Part shown: positions 25,194 through 38,631 of the stretch, one piece after another
Numbering within the stretch: the first letter of the stretch is position 1
Layout: every line of letters begins with the position of its first letter
DNA from: Macrostomum lignano
Taxonomy: Eukaryota
Length of the DNA stretch: 64,000 nt
NCBI GenBank assembly: GCA_002269645.1
Contig: NIVC01000856.1
Coordinates: forward strand, 62,001 to 126,000
Direction of reading: 5' to 3'
Notes under the pieces: generated by a model
Seen by the model: only the letters and a program-made list of their open reading frames with translations
Told to the model about the DNA's origin: nothing
Database searches by the model: none
Translations under genes and position numbers: made by a program

Positions 25194-28100
25194 TCAACAG
25201 CCGTTCATGAGCCTGCAGCCCAGCTCCAGCAGGTAGCGCTTGGCCTCGCCACTCAGCAGCATGCCGATGCGGTCGGTGTACATCAGCGGCCCGGCTCCGG
25301 CCCGGGTGCGACTTCGGCTGCTCCTGGCCACAGGCGCCGCCAACGCGTCGGCATCGGCGACGGCCGCGTGCAGCCAGGCGGTGTAGCGCAAGAAGGCCTC
25401 GATGTCCAGCGTCTCGATGCGGCCGCCGCGCCGGCCCAGATCGCGCCGGAGTGGAACCGCCGCGTCGGTCGAGTCTGCCGTCCCGGCCCTAGCCGGCTCG
25501 GTTGCCATGGTAACGCCCAGCCGGCGCCGAGCCGCGGCAACCGAATCCGTCAGCAAGCGCCTGCCTAAACGCTCGCCTAAATCGCCGACAAAATCCACAG
25601 CGGCCTCGGCGCCGTCGGTCGGCAATTCGTCGGCGACGCCATCGGCGAGACAGTCTGGCTGCGGTAGGCGGCGACCCCGGCGGAGACGGTCGGCCAGGCG
25701 TCCGGCGTCGGCCGCGTCGGCGAGCGCCAATAGCGAGTCGAGTCGATTATCCGGTTGGCTGGGAGAATCGAGTAGGAGAGGCTCGGCCGACAGTCGAGCT
25801 AATGGAGACCGGTCGAGCTGCTCGCCAGTGGACAGGGTAAACTGGACGGCCTGGGGCTCGCTGTCTGTGCTCACGGCAGGGAACAGGCGATAGTGCAGCT
25901 CGTGCAGCAGCCGGCCCAGCCTGTGGCCGCAGCTGTCCGCCAGTGCCGCCGCGCCGTCCGCTTCAAGCCGCCAGCCCAGAGCGGCGGCGGCCAGCCGGGC
26001 GAATCCGGACACGGCGGCCGGAGTGGCCGGACGCAAGCGGAACAGCGGAGCGGCAGCCAGATGGTGGCCGGACCCGGCCGAAGCAGCCTGGCGACGGAGC
26101 GAGGCGGCACTGCGGACGGTGACTAAGGCGGGCTTGCGGGCGACGGAGCAGACCAGTGCCAGCAGGCGGTGGAAGCCAGCCTCGTCCTCCAGCAGGGTGT
26201 CAGCGTCGTCAAACAGCAGCAGGCAGGCATTGGTTACCGTTACCTGGTGGCATTTTGAGTGCGTGTTTTTTACAGATAGATGGATTCGTATATAGCATAG
26301 TATTGATCTTTATAATATCTTAGTACTGATAGCTCTGGAGATTCGGGATCTGATTTTGAGGATTTTGGGATCTGATTTTGAGGATTTTGGGATCTGATTT
26401 TGAGGATATGGGATCTGATTTTGATAATCTGGGATCTGATTCAATTTGGGGATTTATATCTCATTTTGAGGATTTTAGGATCTGATTTTGAGGATTTTAG
26501 GATCTGATTTTGATGATTTATATCTCATTTTAAGGATTCGGGGCCTGATTTTGACGATCTGGATCTGGTTTTGAGGATTTGGGATCTGAATTTGAGGATT
26601 TTAGGATCTGATTTTGAGGATTTTAGGATCTGATTTTGAGGATTTTAGGATCTGATTTTGAGGATTTTAGGATCTGATTTTGAGGATTTTAGAATCTGAT
26701 TTTGAGGATTTTAGGGTCTGATTTTGAGGATTTATATCTCATTTTAAGAATTCGGGGCCTGATTTTGACGATCTGGGATCTGGTTTTGAGGATTTGGGAT
26801 CTGAATTTGAGGATTTGGGATCTGGGAGTCTCAAAGTGCTTAGTGAAGGTTAAAAGAACAAAACTCCAAAGCAAGCCAGAACAGTTTCACCAACTTACAC
26901 GAGACAAGGCGGGTGTGTTGACTACCTTCGGCACTGATACTGGACCATCCCGACGCTGCCGCTTCGATTGTCGTCGATCACTTGTTGCCATGGCAACCGA
27001 ACGCCGCTTCTTACCGGAGGTGTTGCCGGCAGATGGCGAAGCGGTAGCTGGCGCGGCGTCAAGTCGCTGGCGTCCAACCTGGCTGCAGATAGCGGCCTCC
27101 TGCAGCCGGTCCAGCAGCTGCTTGCCCTGGCGACGCTCGTTGGTGTTCACTTCGAAGACCTGGGTAATAAAAATAGCTGAACTTGCACAGACTATGCTAC
27201 TTGCAGTAGACAAGAACTTTTAGCAAAAAAATTCTGCAAAGCGATTGTTTTCATTAGGATTATATCAATGGGTCCTAGAATGAGTCAACCCTAAAATGGG
27301 TCAGTTCCAACATGGGTCAACACTAAAATGGGTCAGTCCCAACATGGGTCAGTACCAACATGGGTCAACCCTAAAATGGGTCAGTCCCAATATGGATCAA
27401 CCCTAAAATGGGTCAGCCCCAATTTAGGTCAACCCTAAAATGGTCAGTCCCAATATGGGTCAATCCTAAAAGGGGTCAGTCCTAATAAGGGTCAATTCTA
27501 GGAATGGGTCAGTACTATAATAATATGGGTCAATTCTAGGAATGGGTCAGTACTAATATAGGTCAATCCCAATAGGTCAGTCCCAATATGGGTCAGTAAT
27601 AACATGGGTCAATTCTAGGAATGGGTCAGTACTATAATAATATGGGTCAATTCTAGGAATGGGTCAGTACTAATATAGGTCAATCCCAATAGGTCAGTCC
27701 CAATATGGGTCAGTAATAACATGGGTCAATTCTAGGAATGGGTCAGTACTAATATGGGTCAGTACTAATATGGGTCAATCCTAATAGGTCTGTCCCAATA
27801 TGGGTCAATCCCAAAATGGGTCGATCCTAATATGCGTCAGTCCTAATCATAATATGGGTCAATCATAATGGGTCAGTCCTGATCTGGGTCAATCCTAATA
27901 TGGGTCCATTATAATATGGGGACACTAAACGCTTATTGAGTTTTGGGCCAAAGATGCGCACAGACCTGCAGCCCCAGCTCGGCGGCCAGCGCATAGGACA
28001 GGCAAGTCTTGCCCGGGCCCTCAATCAGCGCCGCTTTCGCCTCCGCCTCATCGTCGCCGCTGTCGCTGTCGCTGTCATCGTCGTCATAGTAACTGTCCTC

Positions 28101-29778
28101 GTCTGAGCCGGACTCGGCAAAGCCTCGCCTTCGCCGGCGCTTTCTGGCCCGCTCGCGCCGGAGCAGCCTCTGCCGCCGATCCCAGCCGTGCAGCCAGTCA
28201 GCCAGCCGGCGCGGATCTTCGCCACCGTCAACAATGTCGGCGACGCTTTTTGGCGCCAGCATGTCGGCGAGGCCGCGCTGCCGAGCGTCGCCGCTACCGG
28301 TCGCGACTGTCAACGCCGATTTCAGCGTCGAAAATCGACGATCGGCATCGGGCAAATCGGTGGCGACTTTGGCGACGGTGGCGGCGATTTCTGCGGCTCG
28401 AACGTCGGCGTCGGTTGACAGGCGAGCGAGACGGACCGTTGCTAGGCAACCGGATCCGAGTTCGTCATCATTGCTGCCCAGCAGGAACAAGCTGCGATCC
28501 GAAGGTTCGAAATCCGACTGCAGACTCGGTGGCTCGGCGGCGTCTTCCGCATCGAGCAGGCGAAATGAATAATCAGCGGCGTCACCGTTGCTAGGCAACG
28601 GTTTCCAGCCAACGTGAACATTCCAGTTGGCTGGCCAAGGACAGGCGAGGCCTTTAGTTGGCGCCGATTGTTTATCGCCCAGATTTGCCGCTGGCGCTGC
28701 CGACTTCTTCATCGCCGCTGGCCGAAAATCCGACGCGAAAAAGCGCGCCCGATCGGCGGCGCTCGGCGCCGGCTTCTTCGGCGGCGACGGCTCGGCCGGC
28801 TTCGTTGTCACTGACGGCATCGCGGTTGGAGAGGCTTGGCGTCGCCGGTGCCGGCGAGTCTGCGGCTGCTGAGTCGCCGGAGACGTTGTCGAATTTGACG
28901 GCAAGTCGTCTATCGGCCGCCGTCGCGTCCGCCAGGTGGCCGGGTCGAACAGGGCGGCCATTTTGGTTGCCGCCGCCGCCGCCTGGGCCGGTTTGTTCTG
29001 TTCTGCTTTTTCTTCTTTTGCTGGGGGAGAATTTTTTTGCCAGGTCGGCTCGGCAACAGCCGACTGGAAAGTGTCGAATGTGATCTCTTCGATGTGGGCT
29101 GCGCGCGGCCGGTTGCATGTGGAATCCGCCGGTTGCCGCGGAGAGCAGCTGCTCTCATCGTCGGTGGAAGCGCCACTGTCAGACTGGCAGCTCTCAGAAG
29201 CATCGCTGCTGCTGCTGCTGCTGTCTGACGAGATTAGACAGGCTTCTGTTGGCTTTTAGCAAGGTAAGAACAGGTGAAAATAAATACCTCGTATCAGCAA
29301 GCAGTTTTTAGTACTCAATAATTATCATTATAAAATCAAAAGGAATTGCTCACTTAGTCAACAACTCAATGGGGAATTGCTCACTTAGTCAACAACTCAA
29401 TGGGGGATTGCTCACTCAGTCGACAACTCAATGGGGAATTGCTCACTTGCACAAAAAACGAGTAAGCAATGGGAGACTCACCAAATTGTCTTGCACCCTA
29501 CTAGTTTGAGAGCCAAGCAGATCAAATGCAGCGACACTGGCAGCAGCTGTTGGCTCTTGCCTGACAGAATCTACATTGAGATGATCAGCTTTTGCATTAG
29601 GACTATGCAATGGACTCTGACTCTGAGTCATCAGAGAAGCTGGGACAGTATCTTCTTCATCCTCAATGATCGCTATACATTCATTTGTCTTCTCTGGCTC
29701 TTGAGAAACTGAATGCACTGGAGCAGCACTGTTGGCCTTGTTGTTAGTGCGATTAAAGAAGTCTGTGATGCTACGCAT
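25194..29778 (-). CDS. ATAD5: ATAD5/ELG1-like alternative RFC large subunit (PCNA unloader), about 964 aa, 4 exons
   Basis: Exons 29778-29482, 29252-27966, 27159-26899 and 26243-25194 all join in phase 0 at GT-AG. N-terminal SITDFF motif; acidic patch before ALIEGPGKT..YALAAELGLQVFEVN..ERRQGKQLLDRLQEA; Walker B LLLFDDAD. These match the ATAD5 AAA+ layout. Confidence 0.8.
26340..26825. repeat. ~23-bp minisatellite (GGATCTGATTTTGAGGATTTTAG)n in ATAD5 intron 3
   Basis: Seen directly. Confidence 0.9.
27285..27915. repeat. ATGGGTCA-core minisatellite in ATAD5 intron 2
   Basis: Seen directly; units are degenerate. Confidence 0.9.
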
Positions 29779-30879
29779 TGGTAGCTTAGCATTAAATTAT
29801 TGTTTGCTATCAAATAAATGATAATCATTTAATATAAGTACTATTAATAAGCTCTTGGACATTGAAAAAAGTATAAAGCATTTTCCCTTCATTCTATTTA
29901 AACCTATTATAAAAAAACAGATGTATAATAATATACAGTTAAAATTTATTATATTAGGCCTAATATTGCTTTTATTATTAGCTTTTCATTTTTTTTATTA
30001 GTAGGTCTAATGAGTATCAATATAAAAAATATAGTGCTTTGCTATTTTTATTATATAACAAGTATTAGGCCTACAAATTAAGAAAATTCTGAGTAAGGAA
30101 AATAGTAAATAATATCATATACTTCAATTTATAGATTAGTAATTTTTAGGCTATTATTTTATAATTGTAACCTAGTGGCTAATGGTTAAAGCATTAAACT
30201 TATAACTAAAAGGCTAGAAGTTCAATTTTTAACCTACTTAGAAAATAAAGATCAATTTAAAGCCAATAAAAAGGGAGAGAAAACTATCCTTCTTCTTTGT
30301 AGCTAGTAATAATGGCACCCTTTTTTGCCTCAAAAAGGTCTTCAATGCTTTCAGTTTGCTAAGTATAGCTCTTTTTTTGTCTATATTATGGTGTCTGTCT
30401 TGTCTATACATATTAGACTATACACTATGGTAATGGTAAGCTTACCTTTCTTGTGTATATTATGGTAATCCCTCTTGTCTATATTATAGTACCCCTCTCA
30501 TATTTTCAAGTATACTATGGTACTCCCACTTTTATGGTTAAAACTCACCTAGGGAATACAATCTGGGATCTAAGAATCCCAGGATTAGGTCTAAATCCTA
30601 GGATCACACTTGTCTAGGATTTGAAAATCTTAGGATTGACCATTTAGATTCTGATCCTAGTTTGCAATAAGTAGTAATATCTATAGTTAAGCCCCTTGTT
30701 AGATGAAAATCCTAACCCAGTTATTGTGCTTTAATTTATTAATATTTTAAACATGTAGGCTAGCAAGAAAGCTAGCACTATAAGGATACAAAACTGAAGC
30801 TATTGGCAGATCATAAGGAGATTTGTTATTTTAAAACCTGTATATAGAACCATACATGCCCAACCTCAAAATTTCACCC

Positions 30880-31230
30880 ATCCAGTGTGACTTAGTTCCT
30901 CTTGATTGTGACTTAGTTCCTCTTGATTGTGACTTAGTTCCTCTCGATTGCAACTTAGTTCCTCTCGATTGCAACTTAGTTCCTCTTGATTGCGACTTAG
31001 TTCCTCTCGATTGCAACTTAGTTCCTCTTGATTGCAACTTAGTTCCTCTTGATTGCGACTTAGTTCCTCTCGATTGCAACTTAGTTCCTCTTGATTGCAA
31101 CTTAGTTCCTCTTGATTGCGACTTAGTTCCTCCCAATTGTGACTTAGTTTCTCCCAATTGCAACTTAGTTCCTCCCGATTGCAACTTAGTTCCTCCTGAT
31201 TGCAACTTAGCTCCTCCCGATTGCAACTTA
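30880..31230. repeat. 21-bp minisatellite (TTGCGACTTAGTTCCTCTCGA)n
   Basis: Seen directly; shares the TTGCGACTTA core with 22590-23610. Confidence 0.9.
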
Positions 31231-32929
31231 ATTTTCACTTTGTATATGACTTTTCTTGCCTTTTTCTCTTTTCTTTTCTTTCTCTTTCTTTCTCCTCTTT
31301 CCCCCCTCTCTCTCTTCTCCCTCCTTTCTTTTCCTTTTCTTTTCTTCTCCTTTCTTCTCCCAATTTTTTGTTTTTGCGTTTTCAATTTTGCGACTTACTT
31401 TGGCCAGCGGCCATTTCATCTGTCTGGTTCGGACAGGTCAGATGGATGTATGTATGTATAGAACCTAAAGCAATAGAAGCCAATTCTTCATTGTTTCTAA
31501 TCACAATGCTATAGCTTTCCAGATGGGAATTAAATCATTGTTTATTTGAGCTTTTTCTATCTCAAACCTAGATAAAATCAGAGGTCTGAATCTTGTGCAG
31601 ATTAAAAGCCCCCTATGCAAAAGACCTTATTCTTAGTACTATTAGGACACCTTTTAGATGCCCAGCATAGGGGTGATAGCAGAAATTTAAATATTGAAGC
31701 ATATATTATAATAAAGCAAAACTTTTGAAGGTAGGGACTTTAAATAGTCCCTATTTTCAAAACTACTTAACCACAGTTAGGATTAAAATAGTGGGACCTT
31801 GCTATCAGAGCATAACCTAAGCTACCAATTCTTTATATAAGGTAGGGCATGTGGGTGCCCTTGAAAGAGTGATGTATATTCTAATCTCTTTCTATCGTAG
31901 TATTAGTACCTTGGGCTATAGCTCTAGGCCTATAAGTTATCATTTCCTAGGTTATATTACAATCAAGTGTGATTTTCTTAAGCTAATAATAATATGTAAA
32001 AAAGCATATGTCTATTATACTGGCCTATATATAACACTGTAATTCAGAGCTTATGGTCAGTTTTTTGTTAGCAAAATGTTATTTTGTTCTACTTTTATTA
32101 TTGTTATTGAAGATGAAAGCAATTTAAAATTAGGTTGGATAGCTTTGTATATCAAAATTATTAGGCCTAGAACAAAGGGCATTCCTTTGGTTCTATCACC
32201 CCAAACAGTGACGATCACCTTAAACATTGATGATCACCACAAAAAACAGTTGTAAGACATAAAATCCATAGTTTCCAATGAAATGAAATCAAATATTAGC
32301 AAACTGGTTTATATTGATTTATAATTACCTAAATGTATGTTGCCCATTAAAATGATTGATTATGATTCAAAGCTGGATATAAAAAAGTGTACTAAGGGTT
32401 GACATCCTATAGCCAGCTTTGGTTCACAATCATTTTAATAGGAAATGTACATTTGGATAATCGTAAACCAAAGGTGATATACATATAAAAGCTACATAGC
32501 TCTAAGACTAAGTTGCTACTTGAGTGGGACTTTTTGACACACTTTCCTATAGCCAGCTTTGGTTTAATGCTCATGATCATTTTAATGGGAAATGTACGTT
32601 TGGATGATTGTAAACCAAAGGTGATATATATATTTATATTTATATTTATATTTATAGATATTTATATATATATCACCTTTGGTTTACAATCATCCAAACG
32701 TACATTTCCTGCTACTAGTAAACCCATGTATGCTACTAGTAAACCCATGTACAATCCTTTGAATTTCAAATAAACAAAGTTAGTTGATCAGCTAACTTTT
32801 GCTTCTTTTCATTTGAAACTACTGTCGGTTTTTATGTCTTAGTTTTGAACACGCCATTTTTGCACTGCAATAAGCAAAATATTTTAAGGCTAAATGTTGA
32901 AACTAAAAAAAGATTGCAACGAAAAATAA

Positions 32930-33125
32930 CGACGGGAGATGAGAGCAGAGGTGAGGAGAGAAGAGAGGATAGAGATGAGGAGAGAGGAGAGGAGAAGGCA
33001 AGAGATGAGAGAGGAGAGGGCAGAGATGAGAGAGAAAAGATTAGAGACGAGAGAGCAGAGATAAGAGAGAAAAGATAAGAGACAAGAGTGTAGAGATGAG
33101 AGAAAAGATCAGAGAAAAGAGGGCA
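32930..33125. repeat. GA-rich low-complexity tract
   Basis: Seen directly. Confidence 0.85.
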
Positions 33126-35379
33126 CTCCAATTTTTGCTTACTTCTATCATAACTAATACCTTTAACCTCTACCTTTAACTTTTAACATATACAAACAAC
33201 ACGTCAGTTTTAGTATATTAAAGATAGGTTTGAAACTATTATCCATGATCCAAAAACCAAATGTATTGTGCTAGTAGTGCTACTAGCTTTAGTAGGTAGT
33301 AATACCTGCTGTAAAGGGAAGTGTTTTTTGTTTTACTTAGTCTAATTTCACTAACGAAATCTGTCTTCTCCGAGACTTAGCTAGGTCATACCCCACCCCA
33401 ATCACAGCCAATAGGAAATGAGGAAATATATAGACCTATTCCTATCCAAGCAGCCATTCAGAGCTGTGGCCATCTTGGTGTGTGGCCATCTTGGTCATGC
33501 GCCCTGCTTGCAGCAGCTTATCGTGATTAAACAAAAAAAATTTGCACGAACTCGAATCCCACACAGATTGATGACGATTGACGAAGTATCCAGCATAACT
33601 ACATAGGCCCTAATAAATATTTGGTCACTTCGTCATATTATTTTTCAAGCTACTTTGCTTTTGGTCACTTCGTCATCCAATATGACGAAATGGAATATGA
33701 CGATCTGACCAGTGACCTTAAATTAAAAACGATGCTTTAATATTAGTTTGCACCTTACGCTAGCTTAACGGGCTACACAATAACTAAGTCAAACGTAAAC
33801 GAAAATGCCTGTTAAAAAATGCGAAAGTAAAATACAGTAAAACATATTACCCATTACCCTAACTTTGCTCATACACGTTAAAACGACTTGATATTATACA
33901 TTATGGCAGAAGATGTAAAAGTAAGCTTAGCTATTGATTTTCGATTCCCAATGACGGGGGTAGGGGTCGGGTAGTTTTGGGTAGCTTTTTGGAGTAAAAC
34001 ACTACCAACAAAAATAAACGTGAATTTCATCATAATCTTTCAGTTTTTCACCTAAAAAAATTCCACACTAGAAGCTGCATAGGTTAGGCGCATTTTCTGG
34101 ACGATTTGAAGCGGGTAGACGCCTAAAATCATCGGGTAGCCTGTTACCCCATTTTTCGGGTAGTGTTTTACCCCTTTATACCGTATGACATTGATGTGCA
34201 GCAATAACGATTCTTTTAAAATGCGATTCAAATTTAAAATAGGATTCAAAAAAAGGTATTTAAAAATAGTTCTGTCAATATAACAAATATTGAGTATAAG
34301 GATTGCTCTCAATAATAGGCGATTTTTGTAAAAAAAAATTTGTACCTAAACATGTCCAAATATGCTTCAAAATCAAACAAACTACAACAAACTCAGTAAA
34401 GGCTTGCTCACACGTCGTCACACTCACAACTCAGCTACTCACAGTAAACAACTCAGCTACTCACAGTAAACAAGAGACCAAATAACAAATTTTGGACTAT
34501 CGCACAACTTGTATATCAAATTTGATTCCTCTGTACATTGGTCGTATAATTTAGTGGTTCATTTGACGGCAATGTAAATGAGCCTTTAGAGTCAATATAA
34601 AAAATAGGTATTTAAAATGTGTTATAAAGCTTCAGCCAGCAGTCTATTTCCAGTTTGGCGCAATTTTAAATTCGATTTCTTACAAAAGTTCTAGCTATAC
34701 TCTAGTCTAGTAAGGTCGGAAGTGCAAGGAGCTCTCTATATCTACACTTAATATTGTCTAAGCGTGTTTTATACTTTTATCTTACTTCCTATTTTACTAC
34801 GATACTACTACTTTTTTTAAGACTCAGTTCCGTAGAAGTCTTGTAATCTTGTGTTCAGCTGCTCAGCTGCTGCCTGTGCTGTGCCTAATAATACACTCTG
34901 TTTGCTGTTTAGTGTTGTCTGTTGTGTTAAGCCTAGGCCTACATTCGTAAAATATTTCAACGTTAATTTCAGCTTATTATACTCTATAACCAGGATTTAC
35001 TGTTAACATCGCATGTTTCACTACCAGACTAGAACTAGGCTACTATAAGTATAAGCAGAAACATTTTTTAATCAGGTGGAATTTCTGGCAACGCCAATTT
35101 TCATCTTTCGTTTGTTAAATTAATTTTTCGTTTGAACACGAACAGTACTTAGCAGAATGGCCAGAGGGAGAGAAGAAAGGCAACAATTGGATAGCATGAG
35201 CTAAACATCCTACCACCCTGTATAGGCAACTTAGGAGACACGAACTATATTTGAAAAGCATTTGAAAAAACTATTTGGAAAGCATTTGGAAGAGTAAAAG
35301 GTAAATAAAGCAAAAAGAAAACAAGAAGTTGCAGAGATTGCAAGAAAGGGGGCTAATTAAAGTATAAAAAAATGCATGC

Positions 35380-36170
35380 AAGCTGGCAAGGAAAGATAGG
35401 CCCTAGGCTGAGACAGGCACAATGCATGGGGCAAAAATGCGATTACAATGGTGTATGGGTGATTGTACCCATATGCACCAGCTGTCATACCCAGGTGTCA
35501 ATTCAGAAAGGCTCATTTTTTAAGCTAGTTATCTTATGCTACAGCAGCTGCTAGATCTCATTTGGTGGTAGGCTAGGCCTATAGAAGCAAAGCAGGGTGA
35601 GTGTCAACAATAATGCAATATTGGTCATAATGCTATTGTTGACTGGCAAAACTTCATCAAGGACATCTGTTCTCAGTACCTGATTGACTATCCAGTCGAA
35701 CTAGGTGGTCTTGGTAGAGATTTAGAGATAGACGAATCCTATTTCTTTCACTGAAAGTATTACCAAGGTACCCACTGGCCTGGACAGTAGGTACTAAACA
35801 TGGTTGAATGTGGTGCCAAGAAGTGTGTGATGATTGCTGTTCCTAACCACACTGCTGCAATGCTGCTACCTTTGATTCAATGCCATACTCTCCCTGGTAT
35901 ACATGTGATTACTGATAGATGACAAGCATATGCCTAGCCTAGCTCTAGAATCATGCTGTTGTTAACCACCAGCTCTTGTTTGTCAATCCTCAAGACCCAA
36001 CTGTGCACACAAACCTTATCAAAGGGACATGGGTGCATTGTAAGGCAAAGTTCCAAGCTATGCATGGTACAAGCCAGCCCTCTTTGAGTCATATCTTGAG
36101 GAATTCATGTGGCAGAAGATATACCCACAAAACACCTTTGAAGATAGGACACTTTGTTATCCAGTAGTGT
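35380..36170 (+). pseudogene. Decayed Merlin/IS1595 (ISXO2-like) DDE transposase
   Basis: Broken frames give C..C...VSIQKGSFF, VDWQNFIKDIC, ELGG...LEIDESYF, VPNHTAAMLLPLI...LPG..VITD and VNH...FVNP...VHTNLIKGTW. Multiple stops and frameshifts. Confidence 0.8.
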
Positions 36171-36896
36171 TCTGTTGTAAGGAGGGTCCATGTGCCATAG
36201 CCATAGCTGTAAGCAAAACTATGGCTTATAAGATGGCTTATAAGAGAATTCCAATTCTCCATATTCCATAGCCATAGGGAACCCAATATTACTATATTCC
36301 TATAGTTCTCATAGCTGTAGCCATAGTTTTAACAAAAAGTCTAGAAAACAAAATATTTTTAATCAAGAAAATAACCTAGTGCTTAAGCAACTGCAAATTA
36401 AGTATATTCTAAAATTTGTATAAGTTTCTAAGTTGATAATTTAGTTTACTAAAGTATCTTTGATTTAGATTTACTCTACCTGTTTTTAATATTTTTTTTT
36501 CAATTTTTTATATCAATAACTATGGCTATGAGAATCTACAGAATGTGACAGCAACTACCATATTTCCGTAGTTATAGCCATAAGAGCAGCTAGCTACCAT
36601 AGGCATATCTATAGCTGCTGTAGGCACCTATTTTATGATATTTGCCATAGGATCCCATATCTGTAGCTATGGCTATGGTAAAACACTATTATCTAGTCAA
36701 TTGGCATTGGCTTTCTTTCAAGTTTGGTTAGTTTGTTATCTACTAATAAAAAAGCTTTTGTAGACTCAATTTACAGATGCTGTTGCATACAAGTATATTT
36801 AAAAACTGAAGCAAACTGTAAGACTTCAAGGCTTTGAAACATAACTTTCCCTCCTTTTTTCTCATTCTAAACTTGGGAGCAGATGATAATAGAGTT

Positions 36897-38152
36897 ATAC
36901 AAAAGTTGAAATCAACATAGATTATAATAAATTCTTTCTTCCGACGCGTTTCGGTCCAACAATGACCATCTTCAGGGTCTGGTGTATTTTTAACTCACAC
37001 AACAACTTTATAAGTGAACAAATGTTAACTGTACAGTCCAAAGGGCATGTCATGGGCAGAATTTTCCAAAATGTTAAGCATAGATTGCAAGTACATAGTT
37101 CAGACTAGTGCCTTTATTTAGAATACCTTGAGCAAATGGCCCGCACCACTATGGGAGAGCTGAATATTCAGATTAGGTTTTTGGTCTTTAATGTACATGG
37201 ATTCAAGTATGTTGAGCCTAAAATCAGTTCTACACCAATCAATAATTTTAAACTACTGAGTTTGCTCAATTTCGCAACAACTGTTGCAACAGAGCAGGTG
37301 GTCTTGGATAGCCGACCTTTTTAACCAATGCTTTCTGACTCTGGTGTACAGGTGCCTTTTAGTTTTACCTATATAGGTAATGTTCTGGTCAACAGAACAA
37401 GAGAACTTATACACAACACCTGCCGCCAGAGCAAGAGGAACATGGGATTTCAGTTTACTAACGTATTGGCCAACCTTAGCAGTGCGGAAAACAATCTTAA
37501 TAGGCGTGTTAAAGAATTTATGGAAGCTTTTCTCAATTTTCTTCTTCAACAGGTTAGAACAGTTGCCATAGAAAGGCAGGACCATGGTCGGGCAAGTTTT
37601 TAACACATCCTTATCAGAAGCAAAACTCGGTTTGTTTGTCATTTTTTTAGAGATGAAACTATTGATTTCACTGCAAATGACATTCTTGGGAAATTGATTC
37701 ATTCTCAGAATTTTGGTGAGATTGTTAATTTCAATGTTGAAATTGGTCCAGGAGCTGCAAACCGTGTAGGCCCTGTGCAACAAACAACGAATCAGGCCAA
37801 CTTTCCACTGTCTGGGACACACAGCTCCAAAATTAAGCATCAAGTTTGTGAAAGTGGGCTTGCGGTAAACTTTAGTGGAAACCGAATTACAGTGGATGTC
37901 AATGTCAACATCAAGGAAAGGGAGTTTCTTGTCACCAACTTCAACCGTGACAATGTACTTGCAATCTATGCTTAACATTTTGGAAAATTCTGCCCATGAC
38001 ATGCCCTTTGGACTGTACAGTTAACATTTGTTCACTTATAAAGTTGTTGTGTGAGTTAAAAATACACCAGACCTTGAAGATGGTCATTGTTGGACCAAAA
38101 CGCGTCGGAAGAAAGAATTTGTTATAATCTATGTTGATTTTGACTTTTGTAT
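36897..38152 (-). mobile_element. 5'-truncated Penelope-like element (RT thumb plus GIY-YIG endonuclease) flanked by ~200-bp inverted pseudo-LTR copies
   Basis: The ORF remnant 37952-37118 has LPFLDV, VYRKPT, VVYKFSC...YIGKTKR and ESMYI...PNLN, with one premature stop at 37253-37255. Segment 36897-37096 is the reverse complement of 37953-38152. Confidence 0.9.
36941..36977 (-). ncRNA. Minimal type I hammerhead ribozyme motif in the PLE pseudo-LTR
   Basis: The minus strand reads CC-CTGAAGA-TGGTC-ATTGTTG-GACC-GAAAC-GCGTC-GG: CUGANGA and GAAA cores, stem II, palindromic ACGCGT stem III and a GUC cleavage triplet. Stem I is very short. Confidence 0.7.
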
Positions 38153-38631
38153 TTCTCTGCCTGCTAAAGCATGCTACCTTACCTTAATAGAGTTATGACT
38201 ATAATCACAAAGATTGTTATATTATAAAATAAAAAATGCAGTTTTGAAAGAAAATTCAAGGATAAATTAAAAGGTACCAAGACCCAAAAGCACAAAGGCA
38301 CAAATATGCAAAAGATGTAAAAAGGAGATAGAGAAAAAGGAAGAGTACAAGAAAACTATTTTTGTTTTTTTAATAATCATTAATTGGTTACATATAAGTA
38401 TAAACAAAGAGAAATATATAAAAAGAATGGTGATTAAATAAGTTCCTTACCTTATTTACCTTGCTTGCCTACTAAAATAGGAGATATAGCCTAGTTGGCT
38501 GCAACTAAATAGAAAGCTATGCACAGAGAGCTCACTGGCTTAATATCTAATCTAGTTGCATTCTATCAACTCTTAAAGCTACTAATAATGCAATTTGTAT
38601 TATTGTTCTTAAGATTTTGTAGTATTTTTGA

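Noticed and set aside
30165-30240. tRNA gene
   Set aside because: Only degenerate A/B-box-like remnants are present and no cloverleaf forms.
37953-38002. MSWAEFSKMLSIDCKYI as the N-terminus of the PLE protein
   Set aside because: It is read from the inverted pseudo-LTR arm; the real RT remnant starts near 37952.
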